A program made the position numbers and the translations under genes. DNA of 64,000 nucleotides. Origin: Candidatus Latescibacterota bacterium (GTDB lineage: Bacteria; Krumholzibacteriota; Krumholzibacteriia; WVZY01). The first letter of the stretch is position 1, and each line of letters opens with the position of its first letter. The notes under the pieces were generated by a model that searched no databases, was not told the origin of the DNA, and was given only the letters and a program-made list of their open reading frames with translations. The DNA lies in the NCBI GenBank assembly GCA_963791045.1, contig CAWBQK010000005.1, positions 17,484 to 81,483 on the forward strand. The letters are read 5' to 3'. Shown piece after piece: positions 62,102-64,000 of this stretch.

Positions 62102-63370
62102 CTAGGCGTTCATCGATTTCAGGAACTCCGCGTTTGTTTTGGCCTTAGCGAGCTTCTCAAGAAGGAAATCCATCGCTTCGACGAGCGGTCTCTCGTTGAG
62201 GAACTTCGTCAGAATCCAGATCTTATCGAGATCCTTCTTGGCCAGATCAGCAGCTCTTCCTTCCGCGTGCCCGACCGGAAAATATCCACCGACGGGAAAA
62301 TGCGTTTGTCGCTCAAGCGACGATCGAGGACGAGTTCCATGTTACCGGTGCCCTTGAACTCCTCAAAAATAACCTCGTCCATCCGGCTGCCCGTTTCGAT
62401 GAGAGCGGTGGCAATAATGGTCAGACTGCCGTTGCCCTCGATGTTACGGGCGGCGCCAAAGAACCGCTTGGGCCGCTGCAGCGCGTTGGAGTCGACACCG
62501 CCGGAGAGGATCTTGCCGCTGTGCGGGACGACCGAGTTATGGGCCCTGGCGAGACGAGTGATACTATCGAGAAGAATCACAACGTCCTTGCCGTGCTCGA
62601 CCAGCCGTTTTGCTTTCTCAATAACCATGTCCGCGACCTGGACGTGCCTCTCGGCCGGCTCGTCAAAGGTCGAGCTGATGACTTCGCCATCCACGGAGCG
62701 TTCCATATCGGTAACTTCCTCCGGGCGTTCGTCAATGAGAAGCACGATAAGGTAGACTTCTTTGTTGTTCGCCGTGATCGCGTTGGCGATCTTCTGCAGA
62801 AGAATCGTTTTACCGGTTCGCGGAGGCGCGACGATCAGTCCACGCTGGCCCTTGCCGATCGGCGTGAGCAGATTGATCAGGCGGGTCGACAGGTCTCCGG
62901 TCGAGTGCTCGACATTGAGCATTTCTTCCGGATAGAGCGGCGTCAGGTTGTCGAAAAACGGCTTTGTCTTGGCGACATCCGGGTGCTCGAAGTTCACCGC
63001 TTCGACTCGAAGCAGGGCAAAATACCTCTCCGAGTCCTTGGGCGAACGGATCTGGCCGGATATCGTATCACCCGTCCTCAGATCGAATTTCTTGATCTGG
63101 GACGGCGACACATAAATGTCGTCCGGCCCTGGCAGATAGTTGTAGTCCGGTGACCGCAGGAACCCGTATCCCTCCGGGAGAACCTGAAGCACACCCTCGG
63201 CGAAGATCAGCCCGTTTTGCTGGGTCTGAGCTTCCAGGATCTTGAAGATCAATTCCTGTTTGCGCATGCTGCTCGTTCCCTCAATCTTGAGGTTCGGCAA
63301 CATCCATCAACTCCGCAATCGTTTTGCCTTTGAGTTCGGCAATGTCCAGTGATTCACTCAGGGTAGTAAT
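62102..63370 (-). CDS. rho: transcription termination factor Rho (frameshifts near 63295 and 62245; start uncertain)
   Basis: [48 protein letters not shown]. Confidence 0.95.
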
Positions 63371-63644
63371 AGCAATCCTCCTCTTCAATCGTCCGACGCA
63401 CGGTCAACAGAATTGACCTCGAAAATTAGCTGAATGATGTTCCTTGTTGGATGGTCTCCCGCGAAACCGTTTTTTCAATATTAGTGTTATGAGGTGCAGA
63501 TCGAGTCCACGAGACCTGTATGTCAGTGAAGGGCTAACCTCGCGGGCCGAGGGCTCTTGGAGTCGTCTGCTTCTATATGGTCCAAACTGGGTCAAACTTC
63601 CACCGATTTGGTGGCTCCTCACAGGCAGGCCGCACCCGATATAG

Positions 63645-63660
63645 TGCAATTTCTGTTCCA
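63645..63660 (-). promoter_or_regulatory. possible sigma54 promoter upstream of rho
   Basis: TGGAACAGAAATTGCA, correct GG-N10-GC spacing. Confidence 0.45.
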
Positions 63661-64000
63661 GGAACCGGAGCTGCCCCGGCGCTCATCAGGGAAAGAGCCT
63701 GTGTGGATGCAATAATGATGGTCCGGTGTTAAGTGCCCCGGGGAATCCCTTGCCCGGGTAGCGACAGTCAGCTGGGGTCTGCTGGAGTCCGCGCCCGCCC
63801 GAACGAGTCGAACGGGCGTAGACCAAATCCATTTCAAAGCCGCACGTTCGGGAAAAGCGCTATTCCGTGCTGCTCCCACGCTGCCGCAGTTCATCGTACC
63901 TGAGCTCACACCGGCGAGCTTTTTCTTTATCACCTAATCGGTTATAACACCGCGTCAACAACCGCCACCCATCGGGTTGGTCCGGGGAAACCCCTTAGTA

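Overview
GC-rich bacterial core-genome window, almost entirely on the minus strand. It holds the ribosomal super-cluster: tRNA-Thr/Tyr/Gly/Thr-tuf-tRNA-Trp-secE-nusG-rplKAJL-rpoBC, then the str, S10, spc and alpha operons ending at rplQ. It also holds rho-rpmE-DUF1385-prfA-prmC-murA-selB, yicC-gmk-rpoZ-coaBC-udg-dnaB-ispDF-gltX, a small accessory block, ddl-cysS, nfeD-SPFH and an NFACT/RqcH gene on the plus strand. About 23 genes, many essential, are split by small indels, which most likely reflects uncorrected long-read assembly error rather than pseudogenisation. The most interesting signal is missed by the ORF track: a self-contained three-gene unit (promoter with palindrome at 1224-1265, terminator at 326-360). 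In it, a BigR/SqrR-like ArsR regulator is flanked by two small ORFs that each have an in-frame TGA followed by a SECIS-like hairpin, i.e. two candidate selenoproteins; selB is in the same window. Also notable are a predicted sigma-54-driven, structured, ~340-nt transcript with no convincing ORF (53700-54040), and a two-copy covarying intergenic hairpin repeat after prfA and murA.
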